Source: Pyrinomonadaceae bacterium (GTDB lineage: Bacteria; Acidobacteriota; Blastocatellia; Pyrinomonadales; Pyrinomonadaceae). From it: 64,000 nt of DNA. The notes below the pieces were generated by a model, which searched no databases, had not been told where the DNA came from, and saw only the letters and a list, made by a program, of their open reading frames with translations. Positions within the stretch are counted from its first letter, which is position 1. Each line of letters opens with the position of its first letter. A program made the position numbers and the translations under genes. This document shows positions 48,462 through 63,400 of this stretch, in pieces. The stretch is taken from positions 18,551 to 82,550 of the forward strand of contig DASQMB010000056.1 in the NCBI GenBank assembly GCA_035645715.1, written 5' to 3'.

Positions 48462-49622
48462 TCAGCGGGACAGCTCCCGCTTTATTTTCGAGTGAAGTGA
48501 GGGATCGAGGCGTTCCAGCGCGCGGGCGTGCGCCTGGGCCGCGGCCCGGTCGCCGACTTCGAGGAAGGTGACGGCGAGGTTGTAGTAGCCCTCGGCGAGG
48601 TCGGGCCTCAGGGCGACGGCGCGCTTGTAGGCTTCGAGCGCCTTGTCGTAGCTGCCGCCGTAGTAGTGCGCGTCGCCGAGCTTGGTCAGGGCCTCGTAGG
48701 AGTCGGGTTCGAGCCTGAGCGCCTGCTCGAATGCCTTGACGGCCTCGCGGTTCTTACCCTGCTTGACGCGGCAGAAGCCGACCTGAATCCAAGCTTCGAC
48801 TCGGTTCGGGTTCTTGTTGACGGCCGTCTCGAAGTAGCCGAGGGCGCTCTCGTAGTTGCCGAGCCAGAGCGAGTTGAGGCCGTTCCTGTACCACCAGTCG
48901 GAGAGCGCGTCCGACTTCTGGAAGCTGCGGGCGCGTGCCGCCAGCTCGGCGAAGCCGATCAGCGCGGGCGCGGTCCTGACCTCCGCCACGCGCTGGGAGC
49001 CGAGCGCGAGGTTGATGTTCTGCCCGTTCATCACCCGGATGGTGACGACGCCCACCACCTCGCCGCGCATGTTGAAGACTGGGCTGCCCGAGTTGCCGTG
49101 CGAGATGGGCGCCGTGATCTGGACGATGCGCCCGAGCGAGGGCACCTCGCGCACCGCCGAGACGATGCCGTCCGACACGGACCCTTCGAGACGCAGCGGG
49201 TTGCCGATGACGAAGATGCGCTCGCCCTCCTCGGGCAGGACGTTCGACACCCGCACGACTGGCGCCCGCTCGGCCGGCATCTCGACCTGCAAGACGGCCA
49301 GGTCGCCATCCTCGTCAACCGCCCGCAGGCCGGCCACCGGGTAGGTCTTCCCCTTGCCCTCGAAGGTGCGAACCTCGACTCGGCGCGCGCCCTCGACGAC
49401 GTGGAGGTTGGTCACCACCTCGCCGGGGCGGACGAAGAAGCCGCTGCCGGTCAGGCCCACCTCACCCGATGCGTTGTAGGTGATAACGGAGACGACCGAC
49501 GGCTTGACGCGGCGGATCAGTTCGGGCAGAGACTCTTCGGGGCCGGAAGTTGCGGCTGCGGTCTGCGCGAAGACGAAGAGCACGCAGAGCGCGAGCCACA
49601 GGGGGAACTTGCGGTTCGGCAT
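48462..49622 (-). CDS. Secreted trypsin-like (S1C/HtrA-type) serine protease fused to TPR repeats
   Basis: Catalytic contexts are TNLHVV (His), DLAVLQV (Asp) and HGNSGSPVFN (Ser). The C-terminus has TPR-like repeats (YESALGYFETAVNKNPN, AVKAFEQALRLEPD and others). Confidence 0.88.
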   Translation of the reverse strand: MPNRKFPLWLALCVLFVFAQTAAATSGPEESLPELIRRVKPSVVSVITYNASGEVGLTGSGFFVRPGEVVTNLHVVEGARRVEVRTFEGKGKTYPVAGLRAVDEDGDLAVLQVEMPAERAPVVRVSNVLPEEGERIFVIGNPLRLEGSVSDGIVSAVREVPSLGRIVQITAPISHGNSGSPVFNMRGEVVGVVTIRVMNGQNINLALGSQRVAEVRTAPALIGFAELAARARSFQKSDALSDWWYRNGLNSLWLGNYESALGYFETAVNKNPNRVEAWIQVGFCRVKQGKNREAVKAFEQALRLEPDSYEALTKLGDAHYYGGSYDKALEAYKRAVALRPDLAEGYYNLAVTFLEVGDRAAAQAHARALERLDPSLHSKIKRELSR

Positions 49623-49937
49623 TGCTTACTTTCTTTTCAAGTCTGAGTGCGGGCCTCGGCCTTCTCGGCCCGCCTTCGGGGGGACTGTGGGACGGGCCGG
49701 CGGCCCGCAGGTCTTTAACGTTTCGCCCGCGCGGCCGAGCGGAGAGGCCCGGCCGGCGGTGCCGTGCATTATGCCGGACGCGGGCGCAATGTCAAACCCT
49801 TTGTGGCGAATCTGTGTCGGCGGCCGGCGCGTGCGCGCGATTCGGCCGCGGAAAAGGGGGCGCCGTCAAGTCTGCGCGCACCTTTTCCGGCGGGGCCTCA
49901 ACTTGAAATGCGCGCTGCTTTTGATGTAAGACAGTGT

Positions 49938-49957
49938 TTCAGAATAAAAATTCTGAA
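49938..49957. promoter_or_regulatory. Perfect 8-4-8 palindrome, candidate operator
   Basis: TTCAGAAT aaaa ATTCTGAA lies in the AT-richer spacer upstream of the small ORF and pckA. A related half-copy, caaaattctgaca, lies at about 50055..50068. Confidence 0.4.
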
Positions 49958-50083
49958 GATGAAAGTGGCGATGGGGGCCGGGCGCGGGTCGCACGGCGGC
50001 CCCGCGGAGAAGGGGCGGAGGGGGCCGAGCCGTCGCCGCCGGCCCATGCGGTTTCAAAATTCTGACAAGCCGGGTGAAGTTTT

Positions 50084-50323
50084 GTGAGCAGCGAAAGCGT
50101 TAGTTCCCCTAAGCACCTGACGCGAGCCGAGCAGGAAGTACACTCGGCTTCGGAGCGTCTGAATGAGCAGATCGACGAGGCGCTGGCGGCCGTGGCCTCC
50201 CTGCGTGACCCGGACGGCGTCGGCGAGCTGGAGGCCCGCGCCGACCGACTCGAACGCGCCGCCCGCGACCTCTCCGTCGCGCTCCGCGAGCTGGCCGAGG
50301 AGCGCCGCCGCGAGCGCGGTTGA
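50084..50323 (+). CDS. Small hypothetical coiled-coil protein (79 aa)
   Basis: It is a GTG-start ORF with coding-like GC3 in its second half and a helical, charged sequence. Coding status is uncertain. Confidence 0.35.
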   Translation: MSSESVSSPKHLTRAEQEVHSASERLNEQIDEALAAVASLRDPDGVGELEARADRLERAARDLSVALRELAEERRRERG

Positions 50324-50514
50324 CGCGGTCGATAAGGCCCCGAAGGGCGCTGCCACAACTTTAATCGCACCGGCGGGAGCGCCGCCGCCGTCGCAGCCGG
50401 GCGGGCTGCGGACGCGGCCTGCGCTCCTGTCGCACGTCGGGCGCCGTTTTGTTCGGCCGGCCAACAAAGGCCGGAGAGTTGATTGATTTACCGCTCATTG
50501 CTACAGGAGAAATT

Positions 50515-52140
<1,626 letters not shown>

Positions 52141-52169
52141 GGCCGGGAACGCGAAGGTGTGAAGCAGAA

Positions 52170-52199
52170 AGAGGGCGACGCTTTAAAGCGTCGCCCTCT
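52170..52199. terminator. Bidirectional intrinsic terminator after pckA
   Basis: A perfect 15-bp palindrome (agagggcgacgcttt / aaagcgtcgccctct), followed by cttcttttcc. Confidence 0.8.
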
Positions 52200-52248
52200 C
52201 TTCTTTTCCCGCCTCGAAGCTTCTCTCTTCTCTCACGCCTCGCAGGCA

Positions 52249-52851
52249 CTACTTCGTCCCGGGCCTCAGCTCGCCGCGGGCGAGCTTGATGTCTTCCATG
52301 ATGCGGCGGGCGAGCTTGGGAGCGGCGGCGTTGCCGTCGAAGGCGGTGACCTTGCCGGTGGCGAGGACGACGCCCGAGCTCCTGTGCGTTAGTTGGTAGG
52401 TGAAGGTATAGGTGAAGACCGGGCGGTCTACGTGGACGAGCACGTCGGCGATCTTGCGCTTCTCCCAGTCGCCGCCGAGGAGCGCCAGCGGCCAGGGCTC
52501 GGCCTCGGCCCGCTCGCGCAACTCGTCCTCCAACAGCACGGGCTCGAAGAAGGATGTGCCCGAGCTGACAGAGAAGGTGCGCGCGCTCTTGAGCAGCGCC
52601 CGCGGGTTGAGAGCGGCGGCGCGGGCTGACTCCTCGGCCGCAATCCGCTCTTCGGCCTCCTTCTTCAGCTCCTTCGCCGTGACCTCGTCAGAGACGCGCT
52701 CCCCGACCGTCTGCGACGGCTCGATTCTGACGACCACGCGCTGCTCGGTCTGCGCGCTCGCGCCGTCGGCCGCGGCCGCGGCCAGCGCGGTCAGAAAGAG
52801 TGTCGCCCGCAGAGCGCGGAGCATCCCCGTCATTCTCATCCTCGTCTTCAT
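52249..52851 (-). CDS. Secreted hypothetical protein (200 aa)
   Basis: It has a signal peptide (LRATLFLTALAAAAADGASAQ). I recognise no family. Confidence 0.7.
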   Translation of the reverse strand: MKTRMRMTGMLRALRATLFLTALAAAAADGASAQTEQRVVVRIEPSQTVGERVSDEVTAKELKKEAEERIAAEESARAAALNPRALLKSARTFSVSSGTSFFEPVLLEDELRERAEAEPWPLALLGGDWEKRKIADVLVHVDRPVFTYTFTYQLTHRSSGVVLATGKVTAFDGNAAAPKLARRIMEDIKLARGELRPGTK

Positions 52852-53048
52852 CGTTCTCCTTCGCTGAGCGTTGCCTGCGTGTGGGCGGGGGCGTGGGCAT
52901 CGGCCCGCGCCGCGGCGAGGGCTGCGCGGCCGGCGAAGGCGAACAGGGCGAGGGCCGCCAGCCAGGCCAACACCTCGACCGCCACCTTCGCCGCCAGCAC
53001 GCGTCGCCCGCGCCCGGTCCCGCCGTGTTCGACCCTATCGTTCGTCAT
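52848..53048 (-). CDS. Small single-TM protein (66 aa), coupled to the downstream gene
   Basis: The product is MTNDRVEHGG...VLAWLAALALFAFAG... Its stop overlaps the next ATG in an ATGA. The longer track ORF (to 53246) looks non-coding. Confidence 0.4.
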   Translation of the reverse strand: MTNDRVEHGGTGRGRRVLAAKVAVEVLAWLAALALFAFAGRAALAAARADAHAPAHTQATLSEGER

Positions 53049-53277
53049 CTTCGAGAACCCCCACGGCGTGAGTAGCAACGGGCGTGCCAACTTGATGAAG
53101 CGCGCGAAAGGGACGGCACGGGCGTCCCGCCCGCCGGCCTCTTTACGACAGGTGAAAGAAAATTGCGGCGAGCATCCGGCGCCGATGTCGGCCGCCGCGC
53201 GGCAGAAGTGGATTCGCGCGCGGCCCGGCGGCCGGCGGCGCGACATCCGCGGCCCTACTCTGGCAAGATAAGAAGCG

Positions 53278-55056
<1,779 letters not shown>

Positions 55057-55203
55057 GGCGGCCGTTGAAGGGGACCGCGGGTGAAAACTTCGGCCGCGGC
55101 CGGGCGCCGAGTCTGCTATGATACGGCCCCGACCCGAGAGGCAGTCCCGTCAAGCTCTACTCATCGCCGGACACGCGCAGTCGCAAGTCAACCCCCTTAA
55201 CCT

Positions 55204-56721
<1,518 letters not shown>

Positions 56722-56865
56722 AGCCGCGCCGTTAGAGCCGCACAGGCGAAAGTCTGCGGCCGGACCGCGCTGGCTTTCACAGAGAACCCGCCACGCATTC
56801 CCTGAATCTCCTTCCGCCGAGGCCGGCGGAAACTCCGGCCTTTCACTGTCAAAACGGCAGTCGGG

Positions 56866-56880
56866 CTGACAGTTTGTCAG
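56866..56880. promoter_or_regulatory. Perfect palindrome CTGACA-gtt-TGTCAG within a cluster of TGTCA motifs (candidate enhancer/UAS)
   Basis: Further CTGTC(A) motifs lie at about 56846, 56888 (within the CCTGTCAGG palindrome) and 56902. The cluster sits about 100-150 bp upstream of the candidate -24/-12 element. Confidence 0.4.
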
Positions 56881-56994
56881 GCCCGTCCTGTCAGGGTGGC
56901 CCTGTCGCGGCTGCCGGGCGCGTGGCGCAGCGCCGGGCCTAAAGCCCGGCCGCCGTGGCACTTAAGCCTCGGGGCGGGTCGCCGGGGCGGGTGC

Positions 56995-57008
56995 GGCACG
57001 GGGGTTGT
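56995..57008 (+). promoter_or_regulatory. Weak sigma54-like -24/-12 element
   Basis: GGCACG gggg TTGT has the correct spacing relative to TGGCACG-N4-TTGC, but the -12 element reads GT rather than GC. It lies about 88 nt upstream of the receiver-gene ATG. Confidence 0.3.
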
Positions 57009-57095
57009 GAAGGCCGGGAGCGGGCGCCCGTCTGTTTCGCTTGTGCAGCGGGCGGCCACCCAGGCGAGGCCGTGGCGAAAGGGAAGATAACTCGA

Positions 57096-57473
57096 ATGGC
57101 ACGGGTGATGATTTGCGACGACGACGCCGAAGTCTCTGCGAGGCTGGTGGCAGCTCTACGCGAGGCCGGCCACGAGGCCGAGAGCTGTCGTCACACGATG
57201 GACGTGCTGCGCGAGGCGGCCGAGGGCCGCTTCGACCTGATCGCGGTCGGTCTCGACATGGCCGGCTTCGGCCGGGCCGGGGCGGTCGAGGCCCTGCGCG
57301 AATTGTCGCCGCGCACGCGGCTCATCGCCATCCACCGCCGCCCGCCCGAGATCATGCGCAGCGCGGCCTACGCGCGGCTCGCCGCAGTGCTCCCGCGCCC
57401 CGTCCGCGTCAAAGATTTCATGTACGCCGTCGCCTGCGCCCTGAGCGAGCCGGCGATGCCCGAGCCAGTTTGA
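57096..57473 (+). CDS. Stand-alone response-regulator receiver (CheY-like) protein
   Basis: The product is MARVMICDDDAEV...FDLIAVGLDMAG... with a REC-domain pattern and 125 aa. The longer track ORF start looks non-coding. Confidence 0.8.
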   Translation: MARVMICDDDAEVSARLVAALREAGHEAESCRHTMDVLREAAEGRFDLIAVGLDMAGFGRAGAVEALRELSPRTRLIAIHRRPPEIMRSAAYARLAAVLPRPVRVKDFMYAVACALSEPAMPEPV

Positions 57474-57599
57474 AGCCTGCCTCTGCCCGCCGCGGCCCCG
57501 CCGAAAGGGGCGGGCCGGGCACCCGCTGGCCTCGTCTCTCACGACACCCGCAGCCGTTATTACCCGCCTGCGTTTCTATCTTTCGGAGGAGAAGACACG

Positions 57600-58124
57600 A
57601 TGAAGAACCTGAAGAGAAGGTACGGGCTCGCGCCGCTGTTCGTCGCGGCGCTCGTCGTCATGGGCGGGGCCGCCGCCTTCGCGCAGCGCCAGCTCGCCGG
57701 GGGCACGGCGGGCCGGCCCGAGGTGAAGGTCGCGCTCGTCGGCACGGTCGAGCGCGAGGGCAAGCGGCTCTCGCTCGAAGAGGCCGGCAGCGTCCGGCCC
57801 GGCGAATTGCTCGACTGGCGGATCGTCTCGGAGAACGAGGGCGAAGGCGCCGCGCGTGCCTACAAGGCAGTCGGCCACATCCCGCCCGGCACCGCCTTCG
57901 TCGCCGGCAGCGCCGCGGCCGAGGGCGGCTCGACCGTCACCTACAGCATTGACGGCGGCAAGACCTACTCGACCCTCCCCCTGGTCGAGGAGAAGCAGCC
58001 CGACGGCACTGTGAAGCGGGTGCCGGCGCCGGCCTCGATGTACACGGAAGTGCGATACGAGTGGAGCGACGCGCTGGCCGCCGGCGGCAAGCTCTCGGCC
58101 TCCTACCAGGTACGCGTCAAGTAA
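57600..58124 (+). CDS. Small secreted DUF11-like (conserved repeat domain) protein
   Basis: It has a signal peptide (APLFVAALVVMGGAAAFA) and a single Ig-like repeat pattern (PGELLDWRIVSENEGEGAA...IPPGTAFVAGS...VTYSIDGG...YQVRVK). Confidence 0.8.
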   Translation: MKNLKRRYGLAPLFVAALVVMGGAAAFAQRQLAGGTAGRPEVKVALVGTVEREGKRLSLEEAGSVRPGELLDWRIVSENEGEGAARAYKAVGHIPPGTAFVAGSAAAEGGSTVTYSIDGGKTYSTLPLVEEKQPDGTVKRVPAPASMYTEVRYEWSDALAAGGKLSASYQVRVK

Positions 58125-58224
58125 GCCGGGCGCCGGCCCGAAAGGCTTCAGGCTCGCAGGGGCGCTCGCTCACTCGCCCGAACCCCCGCCGGCCGCGGCC
58201 CACGGCCCGCCGACATAAGGAATA

Positions 58225-60378
58225 ATGAAGATGAAAAGACCAACCTTCCACCCCCACTTCCGGCGCAAGCTCGCGGGCATCCTCGTCGGCCTCGCGCTCG
58301 GCTGTCTCGGGCACGCGCCCGCGCACGCGCAGACGGCCGGCGGCACAGTCATCGAGAACCAGGCCTCGGCCAGCTACGGCGACGGCGGCGGCAACACCTA
58401 CGAGACCATCTCGAACAAGGTGACGGTGACGGTCGCCAACGTCGCCGGCCTGACCATCACGCCCGACGACACGGCGGGCAGCGGCGCGAGTGGCAACGTC
58501 GTGGCCGGCAACCCCACCGCCTCCGTCACGCTCGCGGTCTCCAACAGCGGCAACTTCGCCAACACCGTCACCTTCAAGGCCGGCGGCGCCAGCCTGATCG
58601 TCTCGGGCGCCATCACCTCGGCCAACCTGACCGCGGCCTTCTTCGACGCCAACTCCAACGGCGTCTTCGACGCGGGCGACACGGACATTCTCAGCAACGG
58701 CTCCGACGTGGCCTCGGCCTCGATCCCGGCCGGCCAGAGCCGCAACGTCGTCGTGCGCTTCTCGGTGCCCGCCGCGGCCTCGGGCCAGATCAACATCCAG
58801 CTCGGCGACGCGGCCACCGGCGGCCCGACCTTCGACAGCCAGCCGGTCGCGGCCTCGGCCGCAGATGTCGTGGCGACCACGGCCGGCGTCAACGGGCAGG
58901 TCGAGGCCCGCGGCCTCGCCAGCCTCTCCGTGCTGACCGACGTGGCGATCCAGACCACGCTGAGCGGCCCCGCCGGCCCCATCAACCCCGGCAACGACAT
59001 CAACTACCTGATGAACACCTGCAACGTCTCCTCGACGCAGGTGGCCTCGGCCACGACGCTGACCAACGCTCCGGGCGGCGCAAACTCGGGCGTCTTCGAG
59101 ATTTTCCCCATCCCGAACCAGACCTCTTTGAAGGCGGGCCAGGCGTTCCCGGCCGGAACGCTCTACTCGGTCTCGCCGCTGACGGACAACCCCGTCACGG
59201 CGGCCGTCTGGACCAGCGCCGCGCCGGCCGACCTGACGACGGTGCGCCGCGTCGCCTTCAACCGCGGGGCCTCGCTCGCGGCCGGCAACACCTGCACCTC
59301 CAATCAGGCGGTGGTCGTCACCATCAACCTCTCGGCCAATGCCAACCTGCCGGTGCTCGCCATCGTTGACTCGTTCGTCAACAACACCTTCGGCGTCCGC
59401 ATCACCGACCAGTCGGGCGACACGGTCTCGAACTCCGGTAACGGCCGCGCCGACCTCTCGCCCGCTTCCAGCACGCTCGACGGCACGAACCTCTCTCCGC
59501 CGGGCAACGTTGACGGCGACGGCGTGCTGCTGTTGACGCTCATCGCCAGGCTCGGCTCGGTCTTCAACGGCCCGAACGGCGCGCCGCAGGCCGTCGGCCC
59601 GAACCACACCAACGACGACTACACCAACCGCAGCGTCACGGTCGGCATCGCCGGCGTCGCGCCCGGCGGCAACACCACGGCGGCCGGCAGCTCGCTCTTC
59701 CAGAACACGGTCGAGAACACGGGCAACGCCGACGACGTGTACACGCTGACCGTCACGAACTTCGCCTCGCTGCCGGCGGGCACCACCCTCGTCATCACCA
59801 CGCCCAACGGCGCGGTGACGGTGGACGACCCCTCCGACAGCGTGACCATCAACGTCGCGCGCGGCGCGACGGCCAACTACACCGTGCAGTTCAACCTGCC
59901 GGCGGGCCAGACCGTGCTCACGGGTTACGCGGCCACCATCCGCGCCACCTCGGGCAACACCCCCGCGCAGTCGAACGACACCATCGACCGGCTCTACACG
60001 GGCTTCCTGCTGCTGCAAAAGTCGGTCTCGATTGACAACACGACCGGGGTCGGCGGCGCGACAGACGCGGTGCCCGGCGCCGACATCGTCTACTCGATCA
60101 CCTACGAGAACGTCTCGTCGGGCGGCGGCGGGGCCGGCAACGTCCAGCTGACGGCGACCAACATCGCCATCCGCGAGGACGGCGGCGCGGCGCCGAACAA
60201 CTGGGCCTCGAACACCACGCAGGTGACGAGCCCGATGCCCAGCGCCACCGGCGGCACGGTCGTGGACAACGCGACCAACCTGCCCGTGACGGCCGGGACC
60301 ACCTTCCTCCGGGCCGACATCCCCTCGCTCGCGCCCGCCGCAACCGGCACGTTCACCTTCCGCCGCCGCATCAACTGA
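58225..60378 (+). CDS. Secreted multi-repeat DUF11-like surface protein (717 aa)
   Basis: It has a signal peptide and the N-terminal motif TVIENQASASYGDGGGNTYETISNKVTVTVANVAGLTITPD. Repeated Thr/Asn/Gly-rich beta-type repeats follow. Confidence 0.85.
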   Translation: MKMKRPTFHPHFRRKLAGILVGLALGCLGHAPAHAQTAGGTVIENQASASYGDGGGNTYETISNKVTVTVANVAGLTITPDDTAGSGASGNVVAGNPTASVTLAVSNSGNFANTVTFKAGGASLIVSGAITSANLTAAFFDANSNGVFDAGDTDILSNGSDVASASIPAGQSRNVVVRFSVPAAASGQINIQLGDAATGGPTFDSQPVAASAADVVATTAGVNGQVEARGLASLSVLTDVAIQTTLSGPAGPINPGNDINYLMNTCNVSSTQVASATTLTNAPGGANSGVFEIFPIPNQTSLKAGQAFPAGTLYSVSPLTDNPVTAAVWTSAAPADLTTVRRVAFNRGASLAAGNTCTSNQAVVVTINLSANANLPVLAIVDSFVNNTFGVRITDQSGDTVSNSGNGRADLSPASSTLDGTNLSPPGNVDGDGVLLLTLIARLGSVFNGPNGAPQAVGPNHTNDDYTNRSVTVGIAGVAPGGNTTAAGSSLFQNTVENTGNADDVYTLTVTNFASLPAGTTLVITTPNGAVTVDDPSDSVTINVARGATANYTVQFNLPAGQTVLTGYAATIRATSGNTPAQSNDTIDRLYTGFLLLQKSVSIDNTTGVGGATDAVPGADIVYSITYENVSSGGGGAGNVQLTATNIAIREDGGAAPNNWASNTTQVTSPMPSATGGTVVDNATNLPVTAGTTFLRADIPSLAPAATGTFTFRRRIN

Positions 60379-60391
60379 AGCGGCGGCCCGA

Positions 60392-60439
60392 GGCCGGGCC
60401 TTCGGGGGCTCACGCCCGCGACCCCCGAAGGCCCCGGCC
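60392..60439 (+). terminator. 17-bp GC-rich hairpin between two DUF11-like genes (attenuator or terminator-like, no U tract)
   Basis: The arms are ggccgggccttcggggg and cccccgaaggccccggcc, with a 13-nt loop. Confidence 0.35.
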
Positions 60440-60482
60440 GCGGCAAGCCCCACGGGTTCCCTAGTCAGTCTTCTCCTAAGCC

Positions 60483-63400
60483 ATGACCGACGCCCCCCTC
60501 ATCAAAGTCGTCCGCGCCGCCGCGCTCGTCATGGCCGCCGTCCTCTGGACGGCGGCCGTGGCGGGCGCCTCCGCGCGCGACGGCCGGACCGACGCGGGCG
60601 CGGTCATCACCAACCGGGCCGAGGCCACCTACGCCGACGCCGACGGCACCGAGTACGGCACCGTTTCGCCCACCGTCACCGTCGTCGTCAGGAGCGTGGC
60701 CGCCGTCGCCGTCACGCCCGACGAGACCGAGCCCTCTGCCAGCGTCGGGCCGAACGAGCAGTTCGAGCGCCTCTTCCGCGTCTGCAACACCGGCAACACG
60801 CCGGACCTCTACACCATCACCGCGGCCGAGGTCGAAGAGCCCGCCGCGATAGTCTCCCTCCACTTCGACACAGACAACACGGGCACGCTGACGGGCGGCG
60901 ACCGCGAGATCACGCTCGGGCAGACGATGAGCCCGCGGCTCGTGCGCGGCGCCTGCGTCGGCGTCGTGGCCGTCGTCGCCACCAACGACGCGCCGCAGGG
61001 GCAGCGGCTCAACATACGCCTGACCGCGCGCTCGAACGTCCTCGACGCGCTCGACGCGGGCGCGGCCGACATCGGCACCATCGTCAACGTCGTCGGGCGC
61101 GGCGCGCGCCTCTCGTCGCCGGCCGACCCGCAGCTCCCGCCCGTCAAGCTCGTCTCGGGCCGCGAGCGCGTCACCACCTCGCCGGGCCGCACGCTCGACT
61201 TTGAAATCTCCTTCCGCAACAGCGGCGACGTTGTGGCCCGCCGCGTTATCCTGCGCGACGACCTTCCCGAGGGGCTCAACTACGTCGGCGGCACGCTCCG
61301 GCTCGACGGGCGCGCGCTGACCGACGCCGAAGACTCCGACGAGGGGCACGTCCGCGACCGCCGCATAGAGGTCCGCCTCGCGCAGCTCGCGCCGGGCGCG
61401 GTCGTGCGCGTCGGGTTCGAGGCGCGCGTGGTCGGCGCCGTGCCGGGCCGCGGCCTCGTCAACACTGCGACCGTCGTGGCCGAGAACGCGCCCTCGACTT
61501 CGAGCACTTCGGCCACGGCCGTCACCACCCCTTACGGCCTGGTCTACCAGGGCCGCACGAACGGCACGCCCGTCCCCGGCGCGCGCGTCTCCCTGCTGCT
61601 AGACGCGGCGGCGGGCGCCCCAGTCCAGCTCGCGCCCGGCGGCGGCTCTGAGCCGAACGAAGAGAACGCTAACCCGTTCGCGTCCGACGGGCAGGGGCGC
61701 TGGGGCTTCGCGCTCGCGCCCGCGCAGCTCGGCACGCCGCAGACGCCGGCGCGCTACTTCCTGAACGTGACTGCGCCCGGCTACCGCTCGCGCCTGATCG
61801 AAGCGACGGTGACGCCGCGGGCCGACGGCTCGAACCTCTTCGCGCTCGCGGTGCGCGCGCTCGACGGCCAGCCCGTGGCCGAGGCCGCCGGCTTCGGCCT
61901 GGTCGAGTCGGCCGTCGAGATCACCGACCTGGCGGCCTTCGCCTTAAACGTCCCGCTCTTCGAGGCCACCTCGCTCGGCATCACGAAGGCGGCCGACCGC
62001 CCCTCGGCCGAGGTGGGCGACGCCGTCAGCTACCGCGTCGAAGTCCACAACGCCACGCCGGTCGCGGCCGAGGAGGTGCGGCTGCGCGACGTGCTCCCGC
62101 CCTCGTTCCACTACGCCGAAGGCACCGCGCGCCTCCACGCGCCTCCCGGCGGCCCGCGCGCGGTCGAGCCCGAAGTACTCTCGGACGGCGTGCTCGTCTT
62201 CCGCCTCGGCCGTCTTGCGCCAGGCGCCCGCGCCGTGCTGACCTACCGCGCGCGCGTCGGCGCCAACGCCCGCGAGGGCGAGCAGTTCAACTCGGCGCAG
62301 GCCACGGCCGTCCTCGTCAACGGCGAGCGCTTGACGACGACCACGGCCCGCGCGGCGGTCCGCGTGCGCCGCGGCCTCTTCTCGTCGCAGCAGTTGATCG
62401 TCGGCCGCGTCTTCGAGGACGCGAACGGCGACGGGCAGTTCGACTCGGGCGAGCGCGGCCTGCCCGGCGTGCGCCTCTACCTGAACAACGGCGAGTCCGT
62501 AATCACCGACTCGGCCGGCCTCTACAACTTCCCCGCCGTCAACGAGGGCTCGCAGGTCATCTCGCTCGACCCGGTCACGCTGCCGTCCGGCTACGAATTG
62601 ACCGACACGGGCCGACGCGACGAGCAGAGCTGGACGCGCCTGCTGCGCACGCCACTCGGCGGCGGCGGACTCCTCCGGCAAAACTTCGCCCTCCGCCCGG
62701 CAGGCGGCTCGGGCACTACGACGAAGGCCGCCGCCTCCAACTACGTCGCGCCCTCGAACGGCCGCGCCGCACGCGCGGACGCCGCCGCGAGGCCCGACGT
62801 GCCGACCGCCGCCGAGACGAACAGGCCCGGCGGAACCGGCGGATCGCTCTACGGGACCAACGGCGCGAACAGCTCGGCCCCGCCGGCGGTGGCGGGTGCG
62901 GCGAAGGCGCCCGCGCGGCCCGCCGACGCGGGCACCTACGAGGTGCTGACGAACGAGACGCTGGAGCCGATAGCGGCGGGCGAGGTGCGCGTCGCCTCGC
63001 CGCGGCCCGACGAGGTGGCGGCCGGCGCCGCGCTCGAAGTGACGGCGCAGGTCAACGCGGGCTACACGGTGGCCGTCGAGGTCGGCGGACAGCGCGTGCC
63101 CGACTCGAAGATCGGCGAGCGCCGCCTCGACCACAGGAACCGCATCGCCACCTTCACCTTCGTCGGCATCAACCTCGTGCCCGGCCCGAACCGCGTCCGC
63201 GTCTCGGCCGTCGGCCCCGACGGCCGGCAGGGTCGCGCCGTCGAACTCGTCGCCTACGGCCGCGGCCCGGCGCGGCGCGTCGAGATCGAAACGGACAAGC
63301 CCGAAGTGGCGGCCGGCGGGCGCGACTCGGCCGTGGTCCGCGTCCGCGCGCTCGACCAGTGGGGCCACCCCGCGGCCGACGGCTCGGTGGCGATCCAGAC

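Noticed and set aside
56956-56972. The sequence TGGCAC-ttaag-CCTC, an apparent sigma54 -24 box.
   Set aside because: There is no TTGC-like -12 element at the required spacing.
57097-57116. The sequence TGGCACGGGTGATGATTTGC, which looks like a sigma54 promoter.
   Set aside because: The GG-to-GC spacing is 5 nt too long. The sequence is also the start of the receiver CDS (ATG GCA CGG = MAR).
58117-63368. Large minus-strand ORFs (58117..60453, 60465..61349 and 61944..63368).
   Set aside because: They are antisense to the DUF11-like genes. Their translations are dominated by Arg, Gly, Ala, Asp and Val, with no signal or domain logic. The plus-strand frames carry signal peptides and repeat-domain motifs.
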